A stretch of 32,000 nucleotides of DNA from Blastococcus sp. GTDB lineage: Bacteria > Actinomycetota > Actinomycetes > Mycobacteriales > Geodermatophilaceae. Shown here piece after piece: positions 8,949 through 17,646 of this stretch. The stretch is taken from positions 54,762 to 86,761 of the forward strand of contig JAODNN010000049.1 in NCBI GenBank assembly GCA_025465355.1. Reading direction: 5' to 3'. Both the position numbers and the translations under genes were made by a program. The number at the start of each line of letters is the position of its first letter. The first letter of the stretch is position 1. A model generated the notes under the pieces. That model was given only the letters and a program-made list of their open reading frames with translations, ran no database searches and had not been told where the DNA came from.

Positions 8949-9170
8949 GTCACGGACGTTGTGGCGCGGGAGATGGTGCGGCATGGTGTCCGGGTACCGG
9001 ACGATGTCGCCATCGGCGGGTGCGACGACATCGACGTCGCCGTCACCGCCGCGGTGCCGCTCTCGTCGGTGCGAAAGCCACGGTACGAGCTCTTCGAGCC
9101 GCAGCTCGTGGTCCGCGAGTCCAGCATGGTGCGTCGTCGCGGAATTGCCGACGGGAAGGGGGCGCCGTGA
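8949..9170 (+). pseudogene. Remnant of a LacI-family regulator (C-terminal ~70 codons only)
   Basis: The frame opens just after a stop at 8895-8897. It reads ..DVVAREMVRHGVRVPDDVAIGGCDDIDVAVTAAVPLSSVRKPRYELFEPQLVVRESS... This matches the LacI/GalR C-terminal pattern (..G.RVPeDvsvvGfDD...a....PpLTTVrqP..elG....p.LvvReSt). No HTH or N-terminal sugar-binding subdomain is present. Its TGA (9168-9170) overlaps the lutA GTG (9167). Confidence 0.6.
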
Positions 9171-9964
9171 AGGTCGCACTGTTCGCCACCTGCCTGGTGG
9201 ACACGATGGTGCCGCAGGTTGCTCGCGCGACAGCGGTGCTGCTGGAGCGTCTGGGGCACGAGGTGGTCGTCCCGCCGGGGCAGGCGTGCTGCGGGCAGAT
9301 GCACGTCAACACCGGCTACCGGCGCGAGGCCGCGCCGATCGTCGCGAACCACGTCCGGGCCTTCCGCGGGGCCGAGGCGATCGTGGCGCCGTCCGGCTCG
9401 TGCGTCGCCTCGATCCACCACCAGCAGGCCGACGTGCTCCGCCGCGCCGGCGAGCACGCGCTCGCCGACGAGGCGGCTTCCCTGGCCGAGCGGACCTATG
9501 AGCTGTCCCAGTTCCTGGTCGACGTCCTCGGCGTCACCGACGTCGGGGCGTACTACCCGCACCGGGTCACCTACCACCCGACCTGCCACTCGCTCCGGCT
9601 CCTGCGCGTCGGCGACCGGCCGCTGCGACTCCTGCGCGCCGTCCGCGGGCTGGAGCTTGCCGAGTTGCCCGGCGCCGACCAGTGCTGCGGCTTCGGCGGC
9701 ACCTTCGCGGTGAAGAACGCCGACACGTCGACTGCGATGCTCACCGACAAGATGGCCAACGTGCTCTCCACGCACGCGGAGGTGTGCACCGCCGGCGACG
9801 CCTCGTGCCTTCTGCACATCGGCGGCGGGCTGTCCCGGATGCGGTCGGGAACCCGCACCGTGCACCTCGCGGAGATCCTCGCCTCCACCGAGGAAGCCGT
9901 GCAGCCCGACCAGAGCACCCGGCCGGCGATCAGTGCGGTGAACGCCGAAGGGACGACGTCATGA
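9167..9964 (+). CDS. lutA: Lactate utilisation protein A, (Fe-S)-binding CCG-domain oxidoreductase (LutA/YkgE)
   Basis: GTG at 9167, in frame with track ORF 7601..9964. VKVALFATCLVDTMVPQVARATAVLLERLGHEVVVPPGQACCGQMH...HPTCHSLR...CCGFGGTFAVK shows two CCG motifs. Confidence 0.85.
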   Translation: MKVALFATCLVDTMVPQVARATAVLLERLGHEVVVPPGQACCGQMHVNTGYRREAAPIVANHVRAFRGAEAIVAPSGSCVASIHHQQADVLRRAGEHALADEAASLAERTYELSQFLVDVLGVTDVGAYYPHRVTYHPTCHSLRLLRVGDRPLRLLRAVRGLELAELPGADQCCGFGGTFAVKNADTSTAMLTDKMANVLSTHAEVCTAGDASCLLHIGGGLSRMRSGTRTVHLAEILASTEEAVQPDQSTRPAISAVNAEGTTS

Positions 9965-11430
9965 CCGTCGTGGACCTGGGGATGCCCACCCTTCCCCACG
10001 CGCCGCGAGGCGTCGGCCATCTCCGGGGGAACCGCCCCTTCCCCGACGCCGCGCGTGATGCGCTGCGGGATGGCCAGCTGCGGGCCAACCTCGGGCACGC
10101 CACCTCGACGATCCGGGCCAAGCGGGCGGCGGTCGTCGCCGAGGTCCCTGACTGGGAGCAGCTGCGGGCCGCGGGGAAGGCGATCAAGGCCGCGACCATG
10201 GCCCGGCTCGACGCGCACCTGGAGGAGCTGGAACGCCAGGTGACCGCACGGGGCGGCACGGTGCACTGGGCGCGGGATGCCATCGAGGCCAACGCGATCG
10301 TGACCGAGCTGGTGCGGGCCACGGGCGTGCACGAGGTCGTCAAGGTCAAATCCATGGCCACCCAGGAGATCGGACTCAACGAAGCGCTCGAGGCCGCCGG
10401 GATCACCGCGCACGAGACCGACCTCGCCGAGCTCATCGTCCAGCTCGGCCACGACCAGCCGAGCCACATCCTCGTGCCGGCGATCCACAAGAACCGGGCC
10501 GAGATCCGCGAGATCTTCCTGCGCACCATGCCCGAGGTCGACCCCGGCCTGAGCGACGACCCCCGCGAGCTGGCGATGGCGGCCCGTGCCCACCTGCGCG
10601 AGCGCTTCCTTCGCGCAGAGGTCGCGATCAGCGGCGCGAACTTCGCCGTCGCCGAGACCGGCACCCTCGCCGTCGTCGAGAGCGAGGGCAACGGCCGGAT
10701 GTGCCTGACCCTCCCGCGGACACTGATCACCGTCATGGGCATCGAGAAGCTGGTCCCCAGCTGGCGCGACCTGGAGGTCTTCCTCCAACTTCTTCCCCGC
10801 AGCTCCACCGGCGAGCGGATGAACCCGTACACGTCGCTGTGGACCGGCGTCACGCCCGGCGACGGCCCCCAGGATTTCCACCTGGTGCTGCTCGACAACG
10901 GGCGCACAGCGACGCTGGCCGACGAGGTGGGCCGCGAGGCGCTGCACTGCATCCGCTGCTCGGCCTGCCTGAACGTCTGCCCGGTCTACGAGCGAACCGG
11001 CGGCCACGCCTACGGCTCGGTCTACCCGGGCCCGATCGGCGCCGTGCTCTCCCCCCAGCTCACCGGGGTCGAGGACAACGCCTCGCTGCCCTACGCCTCG
11101 AGCCTCTGCGGCGCCTGCTACGACGTCTGCCCGGTCGCCATCGACATCCCGTCGATCCTGGTGCACCTGCGGGCCGAGCACGTCGAGGCGCAGAAACACG
11201 CGACGCCCGAGGCCGTGGCCTTCCGGGTGCTGGCGAAGGTCATGTCGCATCCACGACGGTGGCGGATGGCGCAGAAGGCCGCAGGGCTCGGCCGGCTCCT
11301 GGCCCGCGGGAGGCCGACGATGCCGGCCGCGCTGCCCCCGCCGGCCTCCAGGTGGACCCAGAGCCGCGACCTGCCCACGCCACCGAAGGAAACCTTCACG
11401 CAGGCCTGGGCGCGGGAGCACGGGTCATGA
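9961..11430 (+). CDS. lutB: Lactate utilisation protein B, 4Fe-4S ferredoxin-type (LutB/YkgF)
   Basis: The ATG at 9961 overlaps the lutA stop (ATGA). ISGANFAVAETGTLAVVESEGNGRM...CIRCSACLNVCPVY...CGACYDVCPV is a DUF162 domain plus two 4Fe-4S motifs. Confidence 0.9.
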   Translation: MTVVDLGMPTLPHAPRGVGHLRGNRPFPDAARDALRDGQLRANLGHATSTIRAKRAAVVAEVPDWEQLRAAGKAIKAATMARLDAHLEELERQVTARGGTVHWARDAIEANAIVTELVRATGVHEVVKVKSMATQEIGLNEALEAAGITAHETDLAELIVQLGHDQPSHILVPAIHKNRAEIREIFLRTMPEVDPGLSDDPRELAMAARAHLRERFLRAEVAISGANFAVAETGTLAVVESEGNGRMCLTLPRTLITVMGIEKLVPSWRDLEVFLQLLPRSSTGERMNPYTSLWTGVTPGDGPQDFHLVLLDNGRTATLADEVGREALHCIRCSACLNVCPVYERTGGHAYGSVYPGPIGAVLSPQLTGVEDNASLPYASSLCGACYDVCPVAIDIPSILVHLRAEHVEAQKHATPEAVAFRVLAKVMSHPRRWRMAQKAAGLGRLLARGRPTMPAALPPPASRWTQSRDLPTPPKETFTQAWAREHGS

Positions 11431-12053
11431 GCTCACGCAACGAGGTCCTCGCCCGCATCCGGACGGCGCTCGGAACCGAGCGTGCACCAGTGCCGGAGAT
11501 CGTCCGCGACTACCGCACCACCGACGAGCGGCCGGCCGAGGAACTGCTCGACGTCCTCGTCGACCGGCTGGAGGACTACAAGGCGACCGTCCTCCGCTGC
11601 ACGCCCGGCGAGATCCCGGCGACCGTCGTCGCCGCCCTGGACACCGGACTGCCCGCCGGCTGGGCGCCGGCCGACGTCGTCGTCGCCCCGGGAGTGCCGG
11701 ACCCGTGGCGCCCCGCGGGGACGGCGGAGGACGACGGCCGCCCCGCCGTCGAGCTGGCCGATTTCTCGGCGACCGTCGTCGGCGTGGCCGTCGCGATCGC
11801 CGAGACCGGCACCCTCGTGCTGGACGGCTCGCCGCTGTCCGGCCGGCGCGCACTGTCCCTGCTGCCGGACTGCCTGGTCTGCGTGGTGATCGCCGACCAG
11901 GTCGTCGGCGGGGTGCCCGAGGGCCTGGCCCGGCTGGAACGGAGCGCACCGCTCACCATGATCAGCGGGCCGTCCGCGACCAGCGACATCGAGCTCTCCC
12001 GCGTCGAGGGCGTGCACGGCCCACGAACGCTGGTCGTCGTTCTCGTCGGCTGA
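11427..12053 (+). CDS. lutC: Lactate utilisation protein C (LutC/YkgG)
   Basis: The ATG at 11427 overlaps the lutB stop (ATGA). MSSRNEVLARIRTAL...VGVAVAIAETGTLVLDGSP..GRRALSLLPDCLVCVV...MISGPSATSDIE matches the LutC/DUF162 family. Confidence 0.85.
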   Translation: MSSRNEVLARIRTALGTERAPVPEIVRDYRTTDERPAEELLDVLVDRLEDYKATVLRCTPGEIPATVVAALDTGLPAGWAPADVVVAPGVPDPWRPAGTAEDDGRPAVELADFSATVVGVAVAIAETGTLVLDGSPLSGRRALSLLPDCLVCVVIADQVVGGVPEGLARLERSAPLTMISGPSATSDIELSRVEGVHGPRTLVVVLVG

Positions 12054-12074
12054 CCCGGCGATCGGCGCGCCGGG
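12054..12074. terminator. GC-rich hairpin between convergent lutC and the MMPL gene (candidate bidirectional terminator)
   Basis: CCCGGCG (12054-12060), a 7-nt loop, then CGCCGGG (12068-12074): a 7-bp perfect stem directly after the lutC TGA. There is no U-tract. Confidence 0.35.
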
Positions 12075-12084
12075 AACCGGCCGG

Positions 12085-14274
12085 TCACTGCCCGGCGACG
12101 CCGACCGGCTGCTTCTCCTCGGCGTGGGGCGCCTCGTCGACCTGCTGGAGGCCGACGCCCTCGACGTCCAGAGTGGGCAGCCAGCGCAACCACCGGGGCA
12201 GCCACCAGGCGCGCTCCCCGAGCAGGGCCAGGGCGGCGGGGACGAGGACCATCCGGACGACGAAGGCGTCGAAGAGGATCCCGGAGGCGAGCGCGAAGGC
12301 GATCGACTTGATGGTGGCCTCTCCGGTCGGCACGAACCCCGCGAAGACCGAGAACATGATCAGCGCCGCAGCGACCACGACCGGAGCCGCCTGCCGGAAG
12401 CCGGTGGCGATGGCCTCCCGCGCTGCGAGGCCGTGGCTGTGCGCCTCGTGCATCCGGGAGACGAGGAACACCTGGTAGTCCATCGCCAGCCCGAACAGGA
12501 TGCCGACCACGAGAATGGGCGTGAGGCTGATCAGCGGGCCGGTGCTGTCGAGGTTGACCGCGCCGCCCAACCACCCCCACTGGAACACCGCGACGGTGGC
12601 GCCGAGCGAGGCGCCGATGGTCAGCAGGAAGCCGAGCACACCGACCAGGGGCACCGGCAGCGAGCGGAACACCAGCACGAGCAGCACCAGCGCGAGGCCC
12701 ACGACGAGAGCCAGGTAGACGGGCAGGGCGCGGTTGAGGGTCGCGGCCACGTCGACGCTGACGGCGGTGCTGCCGGTGACGTAGGCCCGGGCCCCGTCGG
12801 TGTGGGAGAGCTGCGCACGCAGGTCGGTGACGAGCTGCTCGGTCGCCGGGCTGGTGGGGCCGGACTTCGGGACGACGGTGAGCAGGGCGGCGCTGCCGTC
12901 GGCGTTGGGGATCGGGCCGGCGACGACCGCGACGTCGTCCAGCCCGGCGATCGCCCCCTTGACCTGCGTGGCGGTGCCGGGCGCCCCGGCGCCGTCGAAC
13001 AGGACCGTGATCGGGCCGTTGAACCCGGGGCCGAAACCGTCGGCGAGCAACTGCTGGGCCGCGGCCTGCGTGCTGCCCACGGGCGGCGTCTGCTCCAGGG
13101 TGGTCCGCATCGAGAAGAAGGGGACGGCGATCGCGCCCAGGGCGGCCACGGACACGAGCAGCGCCACGACGCGCCGGCGGGTGATCGTCGCGACCCAGCC
13201 GGAGAAGAAGCCACGTGAGGTGTCGGCGCCCCCCGGCTCGGCGGTCAGGCCGGTGCGCTGTTTGCGGGGCAGGGCACGGAGACCGAGGTAGCTCAGTGCC
13301 GCGGGGACGAGGGTGAGGGCGATCAGCACCGCGACGACGACCGTCGCGGCCGCGGCCACGCCCATCTGCGTCAGGAACGGGATGCCGGCGACGAAGAGCC
13401 CGGCGAGGGCGATGACGACGGTGAGGCCGGCGGTGACCACGGCCGAGCCGGCGGTTCCCACGGCGGTGCCGATGGCGGTGCCGATGTCGGAACCGCGCCG
13501 CAGCTCCTGCCGGAACCGGGTGACGATGAACAGGGCGTAGTCGATGCCGACGGCCAGGCCGAGCATCGCGGCCAGGGTGGGGGTGGTCGACGACAGCTCG
13601 GTGAAGCCGGTGGCGATGGTGATGCCCAGGACCCCGATGCCCACGCCGACGACCGCGGTCAGGAGGTTCATGCCGGCGGCGATCAGGGATCCGTACGTGA
13701 CCGCGAGGATGACCAGGGCGACGACGACGCCGATCGCCTCCGCGGGGCCACCGACGTTCGGAGGCGCCGTCACGGCCTCGCCGGTGACCTCCACGGTGAG
13801 TCCGGTGCCGCCGGCGTCGGCGACGGCGGACAGCAGCGCGTCCTGCTGCGCCGCAGGCACCTCGCCCACCCCGGCGGAGTACGTGACCGTGCTGTACGCC
13901 GTGGTCCGGGCGGCGTTGACCGCCGGGGCGGCCCGGTTCAGTGGGTCGCTGGCCGACGTGACGCCGGGCAGCGTGGTCAACGTGGCGACCAGCTTCTCCA
14001 CCGCTGCGGCGTTGGCCGGTGCGGTGAGCGTCTGACCCGTCGGTGCCTGCATCACCACGCGGGCCGTCGCGCCGCCCACTCCGCCGAACTCCGCGGAGAT
14101 CCGCTCCAGCGCGGTGGTCGACTCCTGCCCGGGGATGGAGAAGCTGCTCGAGGTCTTGCCGGACAGCGTGCCTGCGCCGACGCCGGCGCCGATGAGGACG
14201 AGCAGCCAGACGAGGACGACCGCGAGCCGGCGCCGATGGGCGAACGAGCCGAGCCGGAACAACAGACGCGCCAT
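12085..14274 (-). CDS. MMPL family (RND superfamily) membrane transporter
   Basis: Track ORF 12085..14373. ATG at 14274 (MARLLFRLGSFAHRRRLAVVLVWLLVLIGAG) has GGAGG upstream, 6 nt after the TetR stop. The two-fold architecture of periplasmic and TM blocks is typical of MmpL/ActII-3-like exporters. Confidence 0.9.
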   Translation of the reverse strand: MARLLFRLGSFAHRRRLAVVLVWLLVLIGAGVGAGTLSGKTSSSFSIPGQESTTALERISAEFGGVGGATARVVMQAPTGQTLTAPANAAAVEKLVATLTTLPGVTSASDPLNRAAPAVNAARTTAYSTVTYSAGVGEVPAAQQDALLSAVADAGGTGLTVEVTGEAVTAPPNVGGPAEAIGVVVALVILAVTYGSLIAAGMNLLTAVVGVGIGVLGITIATGFTELSSTTPTLAAMLGLAVGIDYALFIVTRFRQELRRGSDIGTAIGTAVGTAGSAVVTAGLTVVIALAGLFVAGIPFLTQMGVAAAATVVVAVLIALTLVPAALSYLGLRALPRKQRTGLTAEPGGADTSRGFFSGWVATITRRRVVALLVSVAALGAIAVPFFSMRTTLEQTPPVGSTQAAAQQLLADGFGPGFNGPITVLFDGAGAPGTATQVKGAIAGLDDVAVVAGPIPNADGSAALLTVVPKSGPTSPATEQLVTDLRAQLSHTDGARAYVTGSTAVSVDVAATLNRALPVYLALVVGLALVLLVLVFRSLPVPLVGVLGFLLTIGASLGATVAVFQWGWLGGAVNLDSTGPLISLTPILVVGILFGLAMDYQVFLVSRMHEAHSHGLAAREAIATGFRQAAPVVVAAALIMFSVFAGFVPTGEATIKSIAFALASGILFDAFVVRMVLVPAALALLGERAWWLPRWLRWLPTLDVEGVGLQQVDEAPHAEEKQPVGVAGQ

Positions 14275-14279
14275 GGTGA

Positions 14280-14894
14280 TCAGGCCTCCACCTGGTCGGA
14301 GTCGGACAGAGCAGCGCCGGGACGGCGGTGGCCGAGCGCGTCGAAGCAGGTGGCGACCACGTACGGCCGCCACTCGGTGATCTGGTCCTGGCGGTGGGCC
14401 GCAAGGGTCAGCACGGCCAGCGCGGAGAGGGCACCGACCACCCGCACGGTTCGCTGCGGGTCGGTGGTGCCGAAGTCGACGCCGAAGGCCTGCAGCGCAT
14501 CGACGGCGACGGAGACCGGCTCGCCGTCGCCCTCGCCGGCATCGGCGCCGACGTCGGTGACCGGCGCGAGCATCAGGGCCACGACTCCCGGGTGCGCCAG
14601 GGCGACATCGACGAGGACCTCGATGGCCCGCCGGTCACGTTCGGCGCCGAGCGGCAGGTGACGAACCTGGTCGAGCGCCCGCTGCCCGAGGGTCCTCGCC
14701 TGCGCGAGCACGGCCTCGTGCAGTGCCCCCTTGCTGGGGAAGTGATGCAGCAGCCCCGCCTTCGACAGGCCGACGGCGTCCGCGACGTCCTGCACCGATG
14801 TCTTCGCGAACCCGCGGTGGGCGAAGAGCGCCGCCGCACGATCGAGGATCCCCTCGTCGATCTGCTGACGGAACGCGCGAGCCATGCCGGTCAC
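14280..14894 (-). CDS. TetR/AcrR family transcriptional regulator
   Basis: ILDRAAALFAHRGFAKTSVQDVADAVGLSKAGLLHHFPSK is a TetR HTH. The start is GTG at 14894 or ATG at 14885. It lies immediately upstream of, and co-oriented with, the MMPL gene. Confidence 0.9.
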   Translation of the reverse strand: MTGMARAFRQQIDEGILDRAAALFAHRGFAKTSVQDVADAVGLSKAGLLHHFPSKGALHEAVLAQARTLGQRALDQVRHLPLGAERDRRAIEVLVDVALAHPGVVALMLAPVTDVGADAGEGDGEPVSVAVDALQAFGVDFGTTDPQRTVRVVGALSALAVLTLAAHRQDQITEWRPYVVATCFDALGHRRPGAALSDSDQVEA

Positions 14895-14905
14895 CGTACC
14901 GCCGG

Positions 14906-14932
14906 CCGACCGATGTGGTCGGTTTTCCGACC
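14906..14932. promoter_or_regulatory. Candidate TetR operator: three alternating half-sites CCGACC-gatgt-GGTCGG-tttt-CCGACC
   Basis: Read directly from the sequence. It sits 12-38 nt upstream of the tetR start codon, and the central GGTCGG can pair with either flanking CCGACC. Confidence 0.35.
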
Positions 14933-14975
14933 GAGACGCTTGGTGCCCTCGCTCACACCCCAGCTATCCCCCGCC

Positions 14976-15003
14976 CGCCTGGGTCGACGACTCGACCCAG
15001 GCG
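14976..15003 (-). terminator. Candidate intrinsic terminator of xylA (12-bp stem, 4-nt loop)
   Basis: CGCCTGGGTCGA-cgac-TCGACCCAGGCG with all 12 stem positions complementary, beginning 22 nt downstream of the xylA stop (15025-15027). No U-tract follows. Confidence 0.5.
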
Positions 15004-15024
15004 ACCAGGGTCATCGGGCGGCTG

Positions 15025-16215
15025 TCATCGGGCACCGAGGAGGTGTTCCACCGCCAGCTGGGCGATCCGCTCGACGCCCGCCCCGCGCCGACCCGCCGCC
15101 TCGGCGTCGAAGTCCTCGAACGCCGAGCGGTCGGCGAGCAGGTCGTCGTAGGTCTCCCCCGCCGCGAGGGTTGGCGTGGCGAGCTCGGGCACCCGGGCAG
15201 CGGCCAGTGCCTCGACCACCTCCGGGTCGGCCCGGAAGGCCGCGGCCCGTTCCCTGAGCAACAGGTAGGTGCGCATGTTGGCCGCGGCCGAGGTCCAGAC
15301 GCCGTCGATGTCCTCGGTGCGCAGCGGCTTGTAGTCGAAGTGCCGGGGCCCGTCGTAGGCCGGGCCACCGTCCGGGCCGCCGTTCTCCAGCAGGTCGACG
15401 GTGGCGAACGCCGACAGCAGGTCGCCATGGCCGAACACGAGGTCCTGGTCGAACTTCGGCCCGTGCTGACCGTTGAGGTCGATGTGGAAGAGCTTGCCCT
15501 GCCACAACGCCTGCGCGATGCCGTGCGTGAAGTTCAGGTTCGACATCTGCTCGTGCCCCACCTCGGGGTTCACGCCGACCATCTCCGCATGCTCCAGGGT
15601 CGAGATGAACGCCAGGGCGTGCCCGATGGTCGGAAGGAAGATGTCCCCGCGCGGCTCGTTGGGCTTCGGCTCGAGCGCGAACCGCAGCCCGTGACCGCGG
15701 TCGGCCGAGTACTGCGCCAGGGTGTCCAGGACCTCCCGGTAGCGGTCCAGGGCGGCCCGCAGGTCCTTCGCGGTGTCGATCTCGGCGCCCTCGCGGCCGC
15801 CCCAGAGCACGTACGTCCGCGCCCCCAGCTCGGCAGCGAGATCCATGTTCCGCATGACCTTGCGCATCGCGAAGCGGCGCACGTCGCGGTCGTTCGCGGT
15901 GAGCGCCCCCTCCTTGAACACCGGATGGGTGAACAGGTTGGTCGTCAGCATCGGCACGACGAGGCCGGTCTCCTCCAGCGCGGCGCGGAAACGCTTGATG
16001 TGCTGCTCGCGGGCGGCGCCGTCAGTGCCGAACGGGACCAGGTCGTCGTCGTGGAAGGTGACGCCGTAGGCGCCGAGCTCGGCAAGGCGGTGGACGCTCT
16101 CCACCGGATCGAGGGGCGGCCGGGTGGTGTCACCGAACGGGTCGCGGGCCGGCCAGCCCACCGTCCAGAGACCGAAGGAGAACTTGTCCTCGCGGGTGGG
16201 CTGCGGCGTACTCAT
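15025..16215 (-). CDS. xylA: Xylose isomerase, class I (actinobacterial type)
   Basis: Track ORF 15025..16572. The ATG at 16215 is preceded by [35 protein letters not shown]...TFHDDDL...[18 protein letters not shown]...NPEVGHEQM...HIDLNGQ...FDYKP is close to the Streptomyces/Actinoplanes XylA sequence along its full length. Confidence 0.95.
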   Translation of the reverse strand: MSTPQPTREDKFSFGLWTVGWPARDPFGDTTRPPLDPVESVHRLAELGAYGVTFHDDDLVPFGTDGAAREQHIKRFRAALEETGLVVPMLTTNLFTHPVFKEGALTANDRDVRRFAMRKVMRNMDLAAELGARTYVLWGGREGAEIDTAKDLRAALDRYREVLDTLAQYSADRGHGLRFALEPKPNEPRGDIFLPTIGHALAFISTLEHAEMVGVNPEVGHEQMSNLNFTHGIAQALWQGKLFHIDLNGQHGPKFDQDLVFGHGDLLSAFATVDLLENGGPDGGPAYDGPRHFDYKPLRTEDIDGVWTSAAANMRTYLLLRERAAAFRADPEVVEALAAARVPELATPTLAAGETYDDLLADRSAFEDFDAEAAGRRGAGVERIAQLAVEHLLGAR

Positions 16216-16420
16216 GGGGAGATCCTCCCGCTGATGGCCGACACCGTCACACCCGTGCCGGACGCCGACCCACCGTCTGTTCGCCCGTGGGGATGCACAA
16301 CAAGATCGTCCTACGCCGTGTGATGACGGTGAGCAGGCTGCGCCGGATGGGACGAAATGCGAAATTCTCCAGCGGCAGGGCATCCCCGCCCTCGGCCTCG
16401 CGCCCTTCACACTTCCGGCC

Positions 16421-17188
16421 ATGCGGCTGGCGGTGTGCTCGTCCAAAGGTGGAGTCGGTAAAACGACGACGGCGGCCAACGTGGCCGTCGCTCTGGGCCG
16501 GCGCGGCAGGGTGCTGGCGGTGGACGTCGATCCGCAGGAGAGCCTCGGGCGGGCGTTCGGAGTGGTTGCCAAGGGCCGTTACGACAGCCTGGCGGCCTTG
16601 CTCGAGGACCCCACCGAGGAACCCCGCGCGATCATCCGGCACGACGTCGCCCCCGGGCTCGACCTCCTCCCCGCCCATCCGATGCTGGAGACGGTTGCCG
16701 TCCACCTGACCACCACCGGGGGTCTCACCACCAGCGTCCGGCGTGCGCTGAAGCCGCTGCTGAGCGACTACGACCACATCGTCCTCGACACCCGCGGCGA
16801 CCTGACCGGCCTGACCCTGGCCGCCGTCTGCGCCGTCGACTCGGTGCTCACCGTCTTCACCAGCGATCCCGGCTCGGCCCTCGGCGTCGCGCGGGTCGCC
16901 GCCTTCCTCGAGCAGCACCGGGCATACGAGAACACCTCCGCCGTCCTCGCCGGTGTCGCCTGCGCCGCCTGGGACCCGCACGGCCGCGCGGCGCGGGAGG
17001 TCCTGGGCGCTCTGGAGGGCACCGACCTGCCCCTCATGCGGACACGCATCCCGCTGTCCCGTCGCGTGCCGACCAGCACGCTCGCCAAGCTCCCCGTCGT
17101 CCTCTCCACGCCCACGAGCTCGGTGGCGATCGCCTACCTGGCGCTGGCCGACGAGTTGCTCAGCGCCGCCGAAAGGGTTGCCGCATGA
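16421..17188 (+). CDS. ParA/Soj-family P-loop ATPase (orphan; no ParB nearby)
   Basis: [39 protein letters not shown] carries the deviant Walker A with the signature lysine. Walker B is HIVLDTRGD. Confidence 0.85.
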   Translation: MRLAVCSSKGGVGKTTTAANVAVALGRRGRVLAVDVDPQESLGRAFGVVAKGRYDSLAALLEDPTEEPRAIIRHDVAPGLDLLPAHPMLETVAVHLTTTGGLTTSVRRALKPLLSDYDHIVLDTRGDLTGLTLAAVCAVDSVLTVFTSDPGSALGVARVAAFLEQHRAYENTSAVLAGVACAAWDPHGRAAREVLGALEGTDLPLMRTRIPLSRRVPTSTLAKLPVVLSTPTSSVAIAYLALADELLSAAERVAA

Positions 17189-17484
17189 CCGTCACCGAGA
17201 ACTCAAGCTCCCGCGCTGCCCGGCCGCGGACGCTCCAGCAGGACCTGCTGGAGGACCTGAAGGGCACGGTGCCGCCCCCGGTCTCCGTGCCGGCGGCCGG
17301 GCGGCGGCGAAAGGCACCGCAGGCGCACCCGTCCACGCGCGCCCACGGCGAGTCGCCCACCGTCGAGCTGCAGCTGACGCGGACCCGCTGGGCGTCTCCC
17401 AGCGTGCGCCCCGCTTCTGGCCGCTCCGGCGTGGTCCTCAGCGCCGGACCGTTCCGGGTCTCGGTCTCGCTGCTCGGTCGCTGA
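17185..17484 (+). CDS. Hypothetical small basic protein, translationally coupled to ParA
   Basis: The ATG at 17185 overlaps the parA TGA (ATGA). The product is 99 aa with very high GC3 in this frame. It has 15 Arg/Lys versus 6 Asp/Glu and is Pro/Ser-rich, with no motif I recognise. Confidence 0.45.
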   Translation: MTVTENSSSRAARPRTLQQDLLEDLKGTVPPPVSVPAAGRRRKAPQAHPSTRAHGESPTVELQLTRTRWASPSVRPASGRSGVVLSAGPFRVSVSLLGR

Positions 17485-17646
17485 CCCGGCGGGAGAGCGC
17501 GCTGCCTATCCGGGACCGCCGTGGCTTGTAGCGTGGCGGCCGGAGGCATCCATGGATCCGACCTCGAACGAACGCGCCGGTGTCCGCCCGCAGTGGGTAC
17601 TCCCCTGGGGCTTCGACAGCGACGCCCCGGCCCCGACGCGGGCCCG

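Noticed and set aside
7601-9166. N-terminal 520 codons of the 787-aa plus-strand ORF that ends as lutA
   Set aside because: This part is antisense to the alpha/beta hydrolase and aldo/keto reductase genes and has no LutA similarity. LutA homology starts at the GTG at 9167.
11576-14404. 942-aa minus-strand ORF overlapping the MMPL gene in another frame
   Set aside because: The translation is an almost pure Arg/Pro/Gly/His repeat-like string. The MMPL frame (12085..14274) gives coherent TM helices and a proper start and SD.
17521-17646. GTG-initiated N-terminal extension of the hypothetical gene (track ORF 17521..18312)
   Set aside because: Codon position 3 G/C content drops noticeably in this stretch compared with the body of the gene, so the ATG at 17647 is preferred.
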